Below are positions 42,589 to 56,875 of a stretch of 64,000 nt of DNA, in pieces. Under the pieces are notes generated by a model, which saw only the letters and a list, made by a program, of their open reading frames with translations, had not been told where the DNA came from and searched no databases. The stretch comes from Octopus vulgaris. Lineage: Eukaryota. Position 1 is the first letter of the stretch; each line of letters begins with the position of its first letter. The DNA is taken from the NCBI GenBank assembly GCA_951406725.2, contig OX597826.1:68758001-68822000 (forward strand). Direction: 5' to 3'. The position numbers and the translations under genes were made by a program.

Positions 42589-42913
42589 CTGACAATGAGG
42601 TAAGTATTATACGTAAGACATATATAAAAGATATATAAAACATATATGACACATATATGAGAAGGCACGAAAGTGCTTTCAGTTGGGGAACTAGACCCAA
42701 ATGCTTACAACACAATGGACACTACGAAAACAGCGATCTTGCTGGGTGGGCGCATTTAATAAGACGACAGATTCTGTTTACCATCCATGTCGGTAAGGGA
42801 TAGGATTTGAAGCTGGAGCAAATGCTGCGAAACCCCATATCTGACAATGAGGTAAGTATTATACGTAAGACATATATAAAACATATATAAAACATACATG
42901 AGACATATATAAG
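42589..42913 (+). repeat. ~73-bp direct repeat, copies 252 bp apart
   Basis: ctgacaatgaggtaagtattatacgtaagacatatataaaa... at 42589 and 42841. Confidence 0.92.
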
Positions 42914-43041
42914 ACGATGTCACTCGTATAACAATGCATACATTTTTTTGTTACAGTTTTGCCGTCAGAATCACACTTACTCTCTCACACACACACATAC
43001 ACACACATATACACACACACATACAGACACACATACACACA

Positions 43042-43285
43042 TACAGTAATCCCTTGCCATATCACGGTTCACCTATCGCGGTTCACCATATCGCGGTTTA
43101 TTATTTAAGCTTACGTCGATTCCTTTTTGGTATTGTTTTGCATTTATAATAAAATAAATATATACAAATTATAAAAAAATAATAACAAAAAATATACGGT
43201 ACAGTACTGTTTCTACTTCGCGGATTCTCATCTATCGCTTGGTGTTTTGGAACGTAAAACCCGCGATAGTCGTGGCCTTATTGAA
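43042..43285. mobile_element. Tigger/pogo-like MITE
   Basis: Starts ta-cagtaatccct, contains repeated tatcgcggttcacc boxes, and has a degenerate inverted end ccgcgatagtcgtggccttattg. Confidence 0.6.
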
Positions 43286-44082
43286 TATTGTTTACTGTTT
43301 TCAGGTAAAAGCTATGACAATGCTGTTTGATTTTAATTTTCTTTGACATAACCTTCTGAATCGTGCGCACTCAACTAAATATATCGAAATGAAATACGAA
43401 TGAGCGGTTCAACTTCATCTGTCACCTCCATAGCTCCTGGAACCTTTTCAAACTTTGCAACAGAATTTGACACTCAATCCAAAGCACAGAAATTATTTTC
43501 TCTCTCCTTATTTCTTATAATACAAAATAATTTCGTTTCTGTTTTCGTTCCTGTTTGGTATAAGCATTAAAACTTCGTGATGCTAACAACTACTATATTG
43601 TTTCACTAAACACATAGCTTTCTCTAATTAAACGGCGGCTCACGAGGTAGATAATCCCCTAGTGTCAATGTCCCACAATGCACGATGTGATGAGCCTTTC
43701 ATATTCGTTTTCTGGGGGTAAATTTGCGATCCATTTCCTACTTCAGAAGTTTAGATCAATGTTGCTCAATTCACATAGAGATAAATTCATAGCCCCGACT
43801 AACTATTGAGTCGTCGTGCACTCTCGGTTATTAAATATTTCGATGAAACGAACTATAATTAAACTGGGTTAGTTCATGTGCATCTTTCGAATATGTGTGT
43901 GTGTCTTTGTGTTTGTGTATGTGTATGCGTACGTGTGTATGTGTATGCATGTGCTATAGGTTTATACATAAATAAGTATGTTTATATATATGCATACATA
44001 CATACATATGTGTCTTTGTGTATGTGTATGGCTGCGTGTGTATGTGTATGCGTGTGCTGTAGGTGTATACATAAATAAGTAT

Positions 44083-44123
<41 letters not shown>

Positions 44124-44171
44124 CGTACATACATATATATATGCACACACACGTACACATACATATATAAG

Positions 44172-44222
<51 letters not shown>

Positions 44223-45418
44223 ACATATATGTGCGTGTCTACAGACGTACGTATATACATGTATATACATATGTATTTATTTAAATTATTTAATAAAGTT
44301 GTCTTTAACAGATAGCTAACAGTCGGTTGCATTGAATAAAAATTTCGAATTGACTCTTTGAAATTTTTTAATAAATAAAAACAGACACCAATCTGTCTGA
44401 GGTTGTTTTCTCCTTCGATAAATTCTTATAAATTCTTAAATAAATTCCTCACTGACCCAAGAACGGTGTATGATCAACGAAGCAGTATGTAACTCGGAAC
44501 GACTACAGGAAGTAATATGAAAACTATAAATACCTGTAATCTACTTTGGAACAGAGCATGGTTTATTTTTGTTTGCATATTCTGAGGTATACACTCCAGG
44601 ACGAAAAGTAAATCTGCCCAAAATTTCCTTAGAAATCTGACGCTTTAAAACGCACTATAAGTCGCAATTTTAAGCAGTCTATTTGATTTAATCGTTGTTT
44701 CCGCAACACACTGTTAATAGAATATTTGGAAGAAAAGCTTATTTTACATTGAGGCATAATACTGCTTTAAAAAGTAATACAAATTTCGAATCTTTCTAAG
44801 TTTACATTTTATTTTTGTTTTTAAGGCCACTCTATCTGTTAAAAGAGAAAAAGATTTTAAAAAAGCTAGGAGTGTTTTAAAAAATTGGCCGTCTAGAAAA
44901 TTAATGTTAGGTTTGGTTTGAATTGTCCTTTACAATAAAAGTTTGACGAACGTATTTAAAATGTCAAGACGGGTAGCTTTAGATTTTCGTTTTTAAGTAG
45001 AAGTTAAGACATTATTTTGTTTTTTGTTGATAGTTAAGTCGAAAACTGTGCATAAATAATACCAATTATATTTCGGAGCATTAGATTAGGATATGGTGTT
45101 TTTTTTTGTTTTGCTTTTATGATGTTAGATATGCTATCAAATAAAAAAGAAGTCTTATGCTATTGATAGCGGATATTAAAATGCCAAATTCCTGTTCTTC
45201 GTGAAGTAGGCAAAACACTGACATTCACAAGCTACTGGAAAGGAGTGAAATTGTTATTTCTCTGCTGGCCATTGCGCAATTGGTGCACATATCCAGACAA
45301 CGACGAAGTTCTGAAGCACGGACGAAAGAATCTGGCAGACTGGTATTCGGAGTTCTCGATTAAAAGAGTGATTTGCAGCAGCTGCCAAGCAAGTTTCAGA
45401 CGGTTAAAAAGAAAATCG

Positions 45419-46047
45419 CTTAGGGCAGCGAGCTGGCACAATCGTTAGCACGCCGGGCGAAATGCTTAGCGGTAGTTCGTCTGTCTTTACGTTCTGAGTT
45501 CAAATTCCGCCGAGGTCGACTTTGCCTTTTATCATTTCGGGGTCGATTAAATAAGTACCAGTTACGCACTGGGGTCGATATAATCGACTTAATCCGTTTG
45601 TCTGTCCTTGTTTGTCCTCTCTGTGGTTAGCCCCTTGTGGGTAGTAAAGAAATAGGCATTTCGTCTGCCGTTACGTTCTGAGGTCAAATTCCGTCGAGGT
45701 CGACTTTGCCTTTCATCCTTTCGGGGTCGATAAATTAATTACCAGTTACGCACTGGGGTCGATGTAATCGACTTAATACCTTTGTTTGTCCTTGTTTGTC
45801 CCCTCTATATTTAGCCCCTTGTCGGCAATAAAGAATAAGAATCGTTAGTATGACGGGCGAAATGCTTGGCGATATTTCGTCTGCCGTTACATTCTGAGTT
45901 CAAATTCCGCCGAGGTCGTCTTTACCTTTCATCTGTTCGGGGTCGATTAAATAAGTACCATACTCAGTTACTACAGGAGTGGATGCAATCGACTTAACCT
46001 CCTTCTTTGTCCCCTCTATATTTAGCCCCCTGTGGGCAATAAAGACT
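45419..46047 (+). mobile_element. SINE family C trimer with a single 15-bp TSD
   Basis: ttaaaaagaaaatcg at 45404-45418 and 46048-46062. Confidence 0.9.
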
Positions 46048-46791
46048 TTAAAAAGAAAATCGATTCACGGTGTACCATAAAATTCATGTTAGAAAATGAT
46101 GACTTTTCTCTCTAAACCATTTGCTAAGTTGCTTTAATAACATATTTTAGATTTTGGCCAAATATGATACCTAAGATTCAGGCCACTTTTCAAAATCAGC
46201 TGTAGTGATGACTAAATAATCCAGCTTCGTATTGAGGGAGGTCTTCAAAGCATTGCCTTCATTGAGATGATGAGATATTCTTTTCTGAAGCACTGCAATG
46301 ACTTTGTAACATGGTCGAGGTTGAATTCGGGTGTGAGATTGATTTACAAGTACGGTGTGGATGACATTATAAGGAGTAAGAGGTTTATAGCAGCGTTAGA
46401 GAACATGATACAGTTGCAATGATGATTACATCTCCGACTGAAAACAATATTCCACAAGAAGTTCTTTTTAATGGTTAGAGAAGAAATCCCTAAATGTTAT
46501 GTTCCGTTGAGTTCAACTGATCTAGTTATAAATTTAAAAGAAAATATGTGGTCATCTATAATGTATTTCTATGTAGCTTCAGCCAACTCTACAGAAAAGG
46601 ATTAACAGCCACAGCTGAGAAAAGTGGAACGGGGTAAAGTATGAAATGGGGTGGCACCTGGTGCAGAGGGTAAGTATTGCAAAAAGTTGCTTAAGAAGAC
46701 TTAAAAGATTTCAGGTTGCCTTACTGGGGCTATAAACCTCAGTAACACTGTCCCGTACAGGTCTCCACACTTGTTTGGCAATTATGTGTTA

Positions 46792-46947
<156 letters not shown>

Positions 46948-47117
46948 CTGTCTGTCTGTCTGTCTGTGTGTATATATATATATATATATATATACATACA
47001 TAGATACATACATACATATATGTATGCGAGTATACACACACACATATATATATAGATATATATAGAGAGAGAGATGGATAGATAGATAGATAGATAGAGA
47101 GATAGATAGATAGATAT

Positions 47118-47213
<96 letters not shown>

Positions 47214-47319
47214 TTAGCTAGATAGATATAAACGCATATAATTATATCCATATTAAATTATTTCCACACGTTTCTAATTACTTTTTCTATTTTCATCCAC
47301 ACTCTTATAAACAATTTCA

Positions 47320-47940
<621 letters not shown>

Positions 47941-48615
47941 AAATAAGCTTTATAAAATTAATATTTTCTCTGTTCTCTTTCCTCATTCTTCTCTCATTCT
48001 CTCCCACCACCCCCTTTTACCCCCTTGTCTCTGTCACGCCAACCATTCCTTCTTCGATTCTCTCCTTAAAAGTACGCAGTTTTCTTTTAAATACTTCTCG
48101 TAACCAAAATATAAATTTATTGCCCCACCCCCACCATTTTTTTAAAATGTATTTTCGAACGTGATTGCTTGTTTCTTGTTTGTTGTTGTTGTTTGTTGTT
48201 TTATTAGTTTTATGTTTTGATAGCGTTCTTGTATTTTAACTTACTCTGTTGTATTCGTTTTATTTTATATCATATTTTATTTTTTATTCATTTATTCTTT
48301 TTCGGTTCTGGATTTTCAAGATGGAAAATGTAAAGAACGTTGTAAAAGTATTCTGTTAAAAATAAAATACGGTATAATAAAAATGAAAATTCCCAAAAGA
48401 AATAACTCAAAACGAAAATAGTAAGAAACAGCTAAAACAACACCAACAATAGAGATATCAGTTGTAAAATAGAAGGGAAAAAAAATAACCTGTTGTACAC
48501 ATATACACCGTATCTACTACACACAGGCATGCATGTGTCTGTATGTATATATATATATATACACACAAATACATACATGAACAAACAGGCATATGCATAC
48601 ATATATACCTGTACG

Positions 48616-48676
<61 letters not shown>

Positions 48677-48768
48677 GTATATATATAAATATAAATACAT
48701 GTGTATAAATATGTATATATTTATATTTATGTACATGCATACGAGAATACATACATACATATATATAT

Positions 48769-48814
<46 letters not shown>

Positions 48815-48967
48815 GTATGTATGTATCTATGCATGTATAAATATACATACGTATATATGTAATACAACTTACAGAAGCATGCTTTGAAACAGGAAACACA
48901 CAAACACACACATATATATATATATACATACACATGTGTACACACATACAATCTCCCCCACGCCCAA

Positions 48968-48999
<32 letters not shown>

Positions 49000-49450
49000 A
49001 CACACATACACACACACGCACAAACACACATCTACACACTCATGCACGCGTACACATACACTAATCAACGAATGCTTTTCTTCCTGTATCGTTTTTTTTT
49101 TCTTCACATCGTTCTTTTCTTCTCCGCCTTTATTCCCGGAAGTTGCTAAAACGCCATGATAGCTTTCCTTGTACTCGTTTGTTACCAACTAATATATTAT
49201 ACACCTTTGGGGCTGGCAAAACAGTAATTACGGGGGTATGAAGGGGTGTGGAGGCCGCACAAGTAGAAATCTTACGCACCAATATAATAATAGTCGATAG
49301 CTCGATAGCTTAGTCTGACAAATGTTACCACATTAACGTCTCGGAACAAGCTATAATTTACTTTATTCCATTGATCTTCATACGTATTCTCGACTTTGCC
49401 ATAGCACTCTTTGATCTTGTATGTACGTATGTATGAATGTGTGAATGTAC

Positions 49451-49486
<36 letters not shown>

Positions 49487-49499
49487 GCGTTTGTCTCTG

Positions 49500-49534
<35 letters not shown>

Positions 49535-49643
49535 ATACACAAGTATTAGTTTGTGTAAGTCAGTCTATGTATACATGTATATGTATGTATATATGATATC
49601 TATATATGCTTGTGTATGTATGGTTCTAAGTCTATCTCTCTAT

Positions 49644-49675
<32 letters not shown>

Positions 49676-49874
49676 CCATCTATCCATCAAGTTATCTATC
49701 TATCAGTCTTTCTGTCTGTCTCTCTGTGTGTCTGTGCATCTTTCTCTTATCTCGTTCCGTCTCTCTCATTCTCTCTCTCGTTCTCTCTCTATCTATCTCC
49801 CTAGCTGTCTATCTATGTCTATCTGTCAACGTCCCTCTTAATCTATCTTTCTTCCCGCTTTCTCTCTATATATG

Positions 49875-49926
<52 letters not shown>

Positions 49927-50434
49927 CACATATTTATTTGTGTATGTATTTATGTATGTATATAAGTTTGTATATGTGTGTGCATGGATGTGTTCGTATA
50001 TATGGCGATGTGTATTATTTAGGTACGTGTATATGCATATATGAAAACAGATACACACAAACACATAAATACATGCATCGCTTCAGTTACAATGGCTAAA
50101 AGAAAATAAAGAGACAACGAATATATTCATAAGAACTCATAAAGTCAGACATATACATACGTTTGTGTGCATATGTGAGAGAGAGAGAGAGAGAGTGTGT
50201 GTGTGCGTGTGTGTGTGTGAGCGTGTGAGCGTGTGTATGTGTGTGTGTGTGTGTAAGAGAGTGTGTGTGCGTGTGAGAGAGAGTTTCTGAGTGCGCATTA
50301 ATGAGTGAGACCGTGTGTATGCATGTGTGTGTGTGAGAGAGAGAGACTTTGTGAGCACGCGCTAGTGAGTGTGAGCGTGTGTACATGCATGTGTGTGTAA
50401 GACAGAGAGAGAATTTGTGTGTGTGTATGTGTGT

Positions 50435-50496
<62 letters not shown>

Positions 50497-50650
50497 TATG
50501 CAGATAAACATGGTCCACTGTATAGTAGGAATGGCGTAAACGCGACATTTATAATCTGAAAGTGCTCTACGCTTGATTTAGTCGGGTCTACGACCAATGT
50601 CAACGTGAATAAAATAAACGAAATCTTTGAAAGTCGGTTAAGTGCGTGTA

Positions 50651-50742
<92 letters not shown>

Positions 50743-50913
50743 ATTACATTATATATTTATATATATATGTATATATATATATGTGTACGTATATGCCTTT
50801 ATAGATGCACGTTTATAATAATATATATAGGTGTATATAATTATACATTCATGAACGTACGAATATATGCACGTGTATCTATATCTACACATACATGAAT
50901 ACGTATATATATA

Positions 50914-50981
<68 letters not shown>

Positions 50982-51888
50982 TGTTGTAAGTGTTTGCGCG
51001 TGCGTGTTTTGAGGCAGGATTGAATCTCTCTACTATTTAATGTATAATGTTATACTTATTTTCTTTTATCTTTTCTACTAAAAGACTTACAACTTTCAAA
51101 GTTACAAACGCTAAGGTTTTCTAGGGACGGTCGATTATTATTATTATTATTATTATTAGTTTTTTTTTTTGGTGTTGTTGGCTGGAGTGTTGTTGTTGTT
51201 TTTGTTTCCTCCCTTTTCTTTCATCGTTTTATTTTTTTTGTCTTCTCTTTTCTTCTCTTCTCATTTTGGCGTTGTTCCATTATCGTTATATTATGTTAAT
51301 GCAGTCGATTTGAGATAAAAAAAAAAAAAAAAAAAAAAACGTGGCGTTTGGAATGGGAAAGAAAACTGAATGACGAAGAGCGTGCAAGAGGCCGAGAGAG
51401 AGAGAGAGGAAGAGAGGAAGAAGAAGAAGAAGAAGCAGAAGAAGAAGACGAAGAAGAAGAAGAAGAAGAAGAACAACAACAACAACAACCAAAAAAAGAT
51501 GATGACGACGACAATGATGATGAAGATGGCGATGATGATGATGATAACGATGATGATGATGATGATGTTGTTGGTCGTGGTGGTGATGATGATGATGATG
51601 ATGATGACGTTGGTGGTGATGATGATGATGGTGATGGTGGTGGTGATGTTGATGATGATGGTGATGATGATGAAGCGGAGATGGACAGACACTGAGGGAG
51701 AGCGAGATAGCTAGAAAGTGAGAAATGCCAGAGAGAGAGAGTGTTATCAAGCACTGAATTGCGAAAGAGAGAATAAGAGAGAGTTTGTGCGAGAGGGAAA
51801 GAAACGTGAGAGAGAGAGAGAGGTAAGATAGGACATAAAATGAAGTGAGAGCTAAAGTGAGAGATCATTCTAAAACACGTGAATATAG

Positions 51889-51933
<45 letters not shown>

Positions 51934-51962
51934 GGACAGAGAGGCAGATGAAGTAAGAGTGT

Positions 51963-52345
51963 TGGCACTACGTCGGTTACGACGACGAGGGTTCCAATTC
52001 ATCCGATCAACGGAACAGCCTGCTCATGAAATTAACGTGCAAGTGGCTGAGCACTCCACAGACACATGTACCCTTAACGTGGTTCTCGGGGAGATTCAGC
52101 GTGACACAGAGTGTGACAAGGCTGGCCCCTTTGAAATACAGGTACAGCAGAAACAGAAAGAAAGAGTAAGAGAAAGTTTTAGCGGAAGAGTACAGCAGGA
52201 TTCGCCACCACCCCCTGCCGGAGCCTTGTGGAACTTTAGGTGTTTTCGCTCAATAAACACTCACAACGTCCGGTCTGGGAATCGAAACCGCGACCCAACA
52301 ACCCCAAGTCCGTTGCCCTAACCACTGGGGCCTTGGCGCCTCCAC
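51963..52345 (-). mobile_element. SINE family B, tail type 1, full length
   Basis: 13-bp TSD gaagtaagagtgt at 51950-51962 and 52346-52358. Confidence 0.9.
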
Positions 52346-53189
52346 GAAGTAAGAGTGTAGCGATGAAGAGAAGAGTGGAAGAGAATGAGGAATGTAAAAC
52401 CAGTTAGGGAGAGGAGAGAGAAGAAAGTCGGAAAATGGTACTTGTCCATTATGCAGGGGAGTGATGAAGAGAGATGTGCGAAATAATAGATGAAATCGAG
52501 AAAGATTGTTTGGTGATAAAGAGAAAGAGAGCGCGAGATGAGAGAGGAGAGAGTAAGAAAAGTGAGTAAGGGGAAATGGCGAGAAATTGAAGAAATGTGT
52601 TTGTTGTGAATCAACCGAGCAGAAACAGAGATAGCAGAGTCAATGGGCTATCAAATAATCAGTTGAAGTGATCGATAGTTCAAATATGTCCACTAGCACA
52701 GTATTGTGCATGTGGTTCAGGACATTTAACTCTCATACGATTGCACGTATCATAGAGTTATGTAGTCTTATAGATGTGAAAGTTGGAACGGTTTTATTGT
52801 AAGGAGTCGGAAGGAGACGTGTGGGACTGACGAGTGTTTTGATTTGTCTGGAAGAAGGCGGATATTGGAGTGAACGAGATTATCAATATATATTCTGTCG
52901 AGCAGGGACTTTCTCAGGGTCAAACCAGATCAACCTCGGTAATCAGAATTCTATAGGGTCAACGTAAAGTCATTGAGCTTCTAGGAAGTAAAAAGAAATC
53001 TTCCTGAAGCACAATCTTAACGTATTAGAAACGGAAGGACAAACGGGTGGCGACTTGGAGGCTTAAGTTCATAGGTCTGCTTGATCAGGGCAAAGATAAT
53101 AATGAATTTTAAAAATTTGATGTTTGAGAGACACAAGGTAAGTCTTTTCGTCGAGAGGGGTTTATCGATAATTTCAATCTTAGTACTTG

Positions 53190-53410
53190 ACAATGGTTTC
53201 AAAATTTGACACAAAGATAAAAAGTTTGGGACAAAGGTCAAGTCAATTACATCGATCTCAGTACTCGACTGGTGTTTATTTCATTGACCCTGAAAAGATA
53301 AACGGCAAAGCCGACCTCGGCGGAATTTGAAATCAGAACGTAACGGCAGACGAAATACCGCTAAGCATTTAGCCCGGCGTACTAACGTTTCTGCCAGCTC
53401 GCCGCCTTAC
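53190..53410 (-). mobile_element. SINE family C
   Basis: Head (gccagctcgccgcctt) and core match. Confidence 0.8.
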
Positions 53411-53500
53411 ACAGGTGTAATATTGATATATTCGATCAGGTTCTGGGTGAAAGAATCAGTAAATATATATATATATGTGTGTGTGTGCGTGTGTGTGTGC

Positions 53501-53532
<32 letters not shown>

Positions 53533-54004
53533 TGAGTAAGTGAGTGAGACAGAGAGCGAGACACAGCCAGAGACGAAGAGAGGCAAGAAGCTCGTAGTGC
53601 CAACACGCGAAAAGCCAAGTAGGAACAGAATCTTGGGTAGAGGAGGAAAGTAAGGTTTGAACGAGTGATACAAAACTATGAATGGTAAGAGAAACCAAGG
53701 AGAGAGAAATTTTTCTACATGACTTACAGGTGCAATCTAACTGCTGTGATTCCATGCAGTTTCCGTCAGCCAAATTTCACATTCAAAGCTCATACACAAT
53801 GCAAACTGCACCGGGTTCCCCCAACGGTTACTCTAACGCATGAATGCACAAATGTGCTTAAACGTATAGTGAAACAGCTTTGCAGATATATAATCATATC
53901 TACTGACACATGCGCGTATATATATATACATAGATGGATTAAGGGAAAATGAAAATCAATGTTAAAGAAACAATCAAACGGTTCCGAGGTAATTATGTAA
54001 TTAT

Positions 54005-54485
54005 ATATGAGTATGTATGTATGTGTATATGTATGTATGTATATATCTGTGTATGTATGTATGTATGTATATATCTGTGTATGTATGTATATATGTATGC
54101 ATGTATGTATGTATATATGTATGTGTGCATGTATACGTATATATATATATATGTATGCATGCATGTATCTATGCATGCATGTATGTATGCATGCATGTAT
54201 GTATGTATGTATGTATGTATGTATGTATGTATGTATGTATGTATGTATATATGTATGTATGCATGTATGTATGTATGCATGTATGTATGTATGTATGCAT
54301 GTATGTATGTATGTATGTATGCATGTATGTATGTATGCATATATGTATGTGTGTATGCATGTATGTATGTATGTATGCATGTATGTATGTATGTATGTAT
54401 GTATGCATGTATGTATGTATGTATATATGTATGTATGCATGTATGTATGTATGTATGTATGTATGTGCGTGTGTACGTATGTATA
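54005..54485. repeat. (TATG)n/(TGCATG) tetranucleotide array
   Basis: Seen directly; representative of dozens of TA, CA, GA, GATA, TATG, AAT and GAT arrays in the window. Confidence 0.95.
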
Positions 54486-54830
54486 GGAATATATAAGATC
54501 AATGTTATGTTAATCTGACTTATCTAAGAACTTTTTATGAAATTAATAATTTTAAATTAAAGAAACTCTTTTTTACAAATACATACATATATAAAGATAT
54601 GTAGGCATAATAGATACACACACATACACACACACACACGTTCATACCTGTATCTACATTTGTGTGTGAATGTGCACACGTGTGTACATTAAAGTATGTA
54701 TATTATATAAAGAAGAATACACACATATTTGGGATTATCTTCTTTATAAACTTAAAGATTATTCTTGGCAAAAAAATCTCAGGGCAAAATCTACATACAT
54801 ACTTGCGTACACACGCAAGACATGTTATAT

Positions 54831-54896
54831 ACTAGCTGAATAACCCGGCGTTGCCCGGTTTACTGCTGTTCCTATTCAGATTAGTAAACAATAGAT
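54831..54896 (-). mobile_element. Helitron 3' terminus (possibly a minimal element)
   Basis: actagctgaataacccggcgttgcccggtt gives a GC hairpin followed by CTAG^T on the minus strand; aatagat 60 nt away resembles the 5' TC end. Confidence 0.55.
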
Positions 54897-54917
54897 ATAA
54901 AGATATATTCTCTTAAT

Positions 54918-55186
54918 TGAGTGGCTGTGTGGTAAGTAGCTTGCTTACCAACCACATGGTTCCGGGTTCAGTCCCACTGCGTGGCACCTTGGTAGACTGC
55001 AACTGAAAGAAGCCCAAAGTTCGTTTCCATTTTTTTCTTTTTATGTTTTCGTTTCTCATTGTGGTCAACTTTTTTTGATCTCCTGTACCCATATATATGC
55101 ATGTATATATACATATAGATGTAGGTATGTACATATATGTATGTATCTATGCATATATTTATATATTATTTATATTATTGTATATG

Positions 55187-55276
<90 letters not shown>

Positions 55277-55490
55277 TGTTTGTCTGTCTGTGTTTGTCCC
55301 CTAAACATCGCTTGACAACAGATGCTGGTGTATTACGTCCCCGTAACTTAGCGGTCCGGCAAAAGAACCTATAGAATATGTACTAGGCTTACAAAGAATA
55401 TGTCCTGGGGTCGAGTTGCTCGAATAAACGCGGTGCTCCAGCATGGCCGCAGTCAAATCACTGAAAGAATTAAAAGAGTAAAAGAGTATA
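54918..55490 (+). mobile_element. SINE family A with an internal deletion and expanded microsatellite
   Basis: Head at 54918-55015 and tail at 55270-55490 match the family. Confidence 0.8.
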
Positions 55491-55864
55491 TTTATATTTT
55501 ATTTTAAATATCCAAATTGTTATGATAATAGAATTTCGAACTGGAAATCTGTCAATGTTGAAGCACCTCAGGGTAAACAATATTCATTGTTTCATTTTTG
55601 TTGGTGTTGAAATGAATAAATTGTTGCTGTGTCCAACTCACGAGGAAGCAACATAGTGTTGGGCGTGGGAGAAGAATGTAGCAGAGAGATCAAGTGCAAC
55701 CACCTTGAGATATGCTAATTGAGATTTGTTAATCGAAATAACAAAACTTAGTTCGACTGGAAACTGAAGTGTCTTAAATTCAAATTGAACATCTGTAGGT
55801 ATGAGAGGAATTTTTGAAATAAAGACGTTTTCTCCTTTGTAACTACGTGTTATGATTGTTGCCT

Positions 55865-56152
55865 ATAGTACATGGGAAACTACCACCTGTGTCATCTCTT
55901 GTGAAAGGTAAGAGAGTCCAGTTTGCTGGACATTGTTGTAGAGCTGAAAACGAGGTAATTTCTACTCTTCTCCTCTGGAAGCCATCTACTCGCGATACCA
56001 GAGGGCGGACACTCTCCTACCGTGATGTAATCTCCAGGGATACAGGCATCCAGCAACAGGACCTCCGTAATGCCATGATGGACCGTGAAGTCTGGCGTAG
56101 CATGGTAAATTCCGTTGCCTCGACCACGGTCGAACAATGATGATAATGATAG
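55865..56152 (+). mobile_element. 3' end of an RTE-type LINE
   Basis: RVQFAGHCCR...LLLWKP...RGRTLSYRDVISRDTG...AMMDREVWR is typical of RTE ORF C-termini. It ends in a tcgacc/ggtcga hairpin and a tga/taa tail. Confidence 0.8.
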
Positions 56153-56763
56153 TACATGGGGATTCATGGAAGGAACAGTTAAGCGAGTTCAATTACACAG
56201 GGGAGATGGGTCAAGGTTCCTATGCAACATAATCGGAACACTCAGTTTTAGTGTCAAGTTATGCGGTAGCATCTCAGTGGGTCAAAACTTGTTCAGAAAT
56301 TTAACAGGGTATTGAATAACCTGATCTTGATCGACTGCTGTTAATTGATCGAAAAGTCATTTCTGAAGAAGTCCATAATTGAGTTTATTAACCGTTTCAT
56401 TAGTTGGAGCTAGTTATATCTCTTTCACATAACCAGTTTACATCTGTGTAATTGACAGATAAATTAGGAAATCCTTGATCCATACGATCCCTAAGAGAAA
56501 GTATCATTCGACTGCATGTAATTTCATGTAGCTAAAGTCTTAAGTTGAATGTTAATATCCAATTAGAAATCATAAGAAGCTCATATGATCACCTTATAGA
56601 AATACTCTGATGTTGTTTGTAAGATGAAGTTTTTTCACATGTCTCCAAAGCATACTTTCTGTAGCATACTTATGCTATAAAAAAAATTTAGGGAACATGT
56701 CCTCACCAAGGACAATTAGCCTGAGGACAACAGATGATTTAAAACTTCTTGATATATTGGAAA

Positions 56764-56875
56764 GGGGGTAATTAACGAAGGGGGTAGTTGTCGTCAGGGG
56801 GAATTATCCTATCGGGGGTAATTAACGAAGGGGGTAGTTGTCGTCAGGGGGAATTATCCAATCGGGGGTAATTGT
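56764..56875 (+). repeat. G-rich 50-bp tandem repeat built of ~17-bp subunits
   Basis: gggggtaattaacgaagggggtagttgtcgtcagggggaattatcc(t/a)atc starting at 56764, 56814 and 56864 (partial). Confidence 0.9.

Noticed and set aside
45295-45335. Weak hammerhead-like string acgacgaa-gttc...ggac-gaaa
   Set aside because: Core is mismatched, there is no valid stem III or NUH, and no second copy; likely chance.
51286-52321. Acidic E/D-rich ORF and the 158-aa ORF 51845..52321
   Set aside because: The first is trinucleotide repeat; the second is (GA)n plus the antisense of a SINE B copy.
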